Notes under the pieces: model-generated
Databases searched by the model: none
What the model was told of the DNA's origin: nothing
Seen by the model: the letters and a program-made list of their open reading frames with translations, nothing else
Position numbers and translations under genes: made by a program
Shown here: one piece after another, positions 60,615-64,000 of the stretch
How the letters are laid out: the number at the start of each line of letters is the position of its first letter
Position numbering within the stretch: the first letter of the stretch is position 1
From: the human T2T-CHM13v2.0 reference genome, Homo sapiens
DNA: 64,000 nucleotides
Assembly (NCBI RefSeq): GCF_009914755.1
Contig: NC_060944.1
Reading direction: 5' to 3' (one strand)

Positions 60615-60677
60615 AGACCATCGAGACTAGGAAGAAACTGCATCAACTAACGAGCAAAATCACCAGCTATCATCATA

Positions 60678-64000
<3,323 letters not shown>

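Overview
Primate (most likely human or great ape) genomic DNA, intergenic or deep-intronic and heavily repeat-derived. I cannot support any host protein-coding exon, RNA gene or CRISPR-like array, and I cannot name the locus. The window holds five large LINE-1 copies of different ages: an old L1MB-like element (14.4-19.8 kb), a full-length L1PA5/6-like element (24.5-31.0 kb), a 5'-truncated L1PB (32.0-33.1 kb), a minus-strand L1PA13-16/PREC2-like element (48.4-55.0 kb) and a young L1PA2-like element (58.7 kb to the window end). It also has about 11 Alus, about 13 MaLR/ERVL solo LTRs, hAT-Charlie DNA transposons, MIR/L2/CR1 relics and microsatellites. Nearly all ORFs in the track are L1 fragments or spurious. 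The most striking unexplained structure is a 284-bp non-repeat segment (38670-38953) copied, apparently with perfect identity, 1631 bp downstream into the centre of a near-perfect 18-bp palindrome. This looks like a very recent templated-insertion repair event. Other notable items are an intact 71-aa ORF0 and an apparently open EN-less/RT-intact ORF2 frame in the young L1, a truncated Alu with an inverted linker, and an in-frame hairpin-creating template switch in an L1 ORF2. I see no convincing new multi-gene system. Subfamily names come from recalled consensus features and need RepeatMasker/Dfam confirmation.
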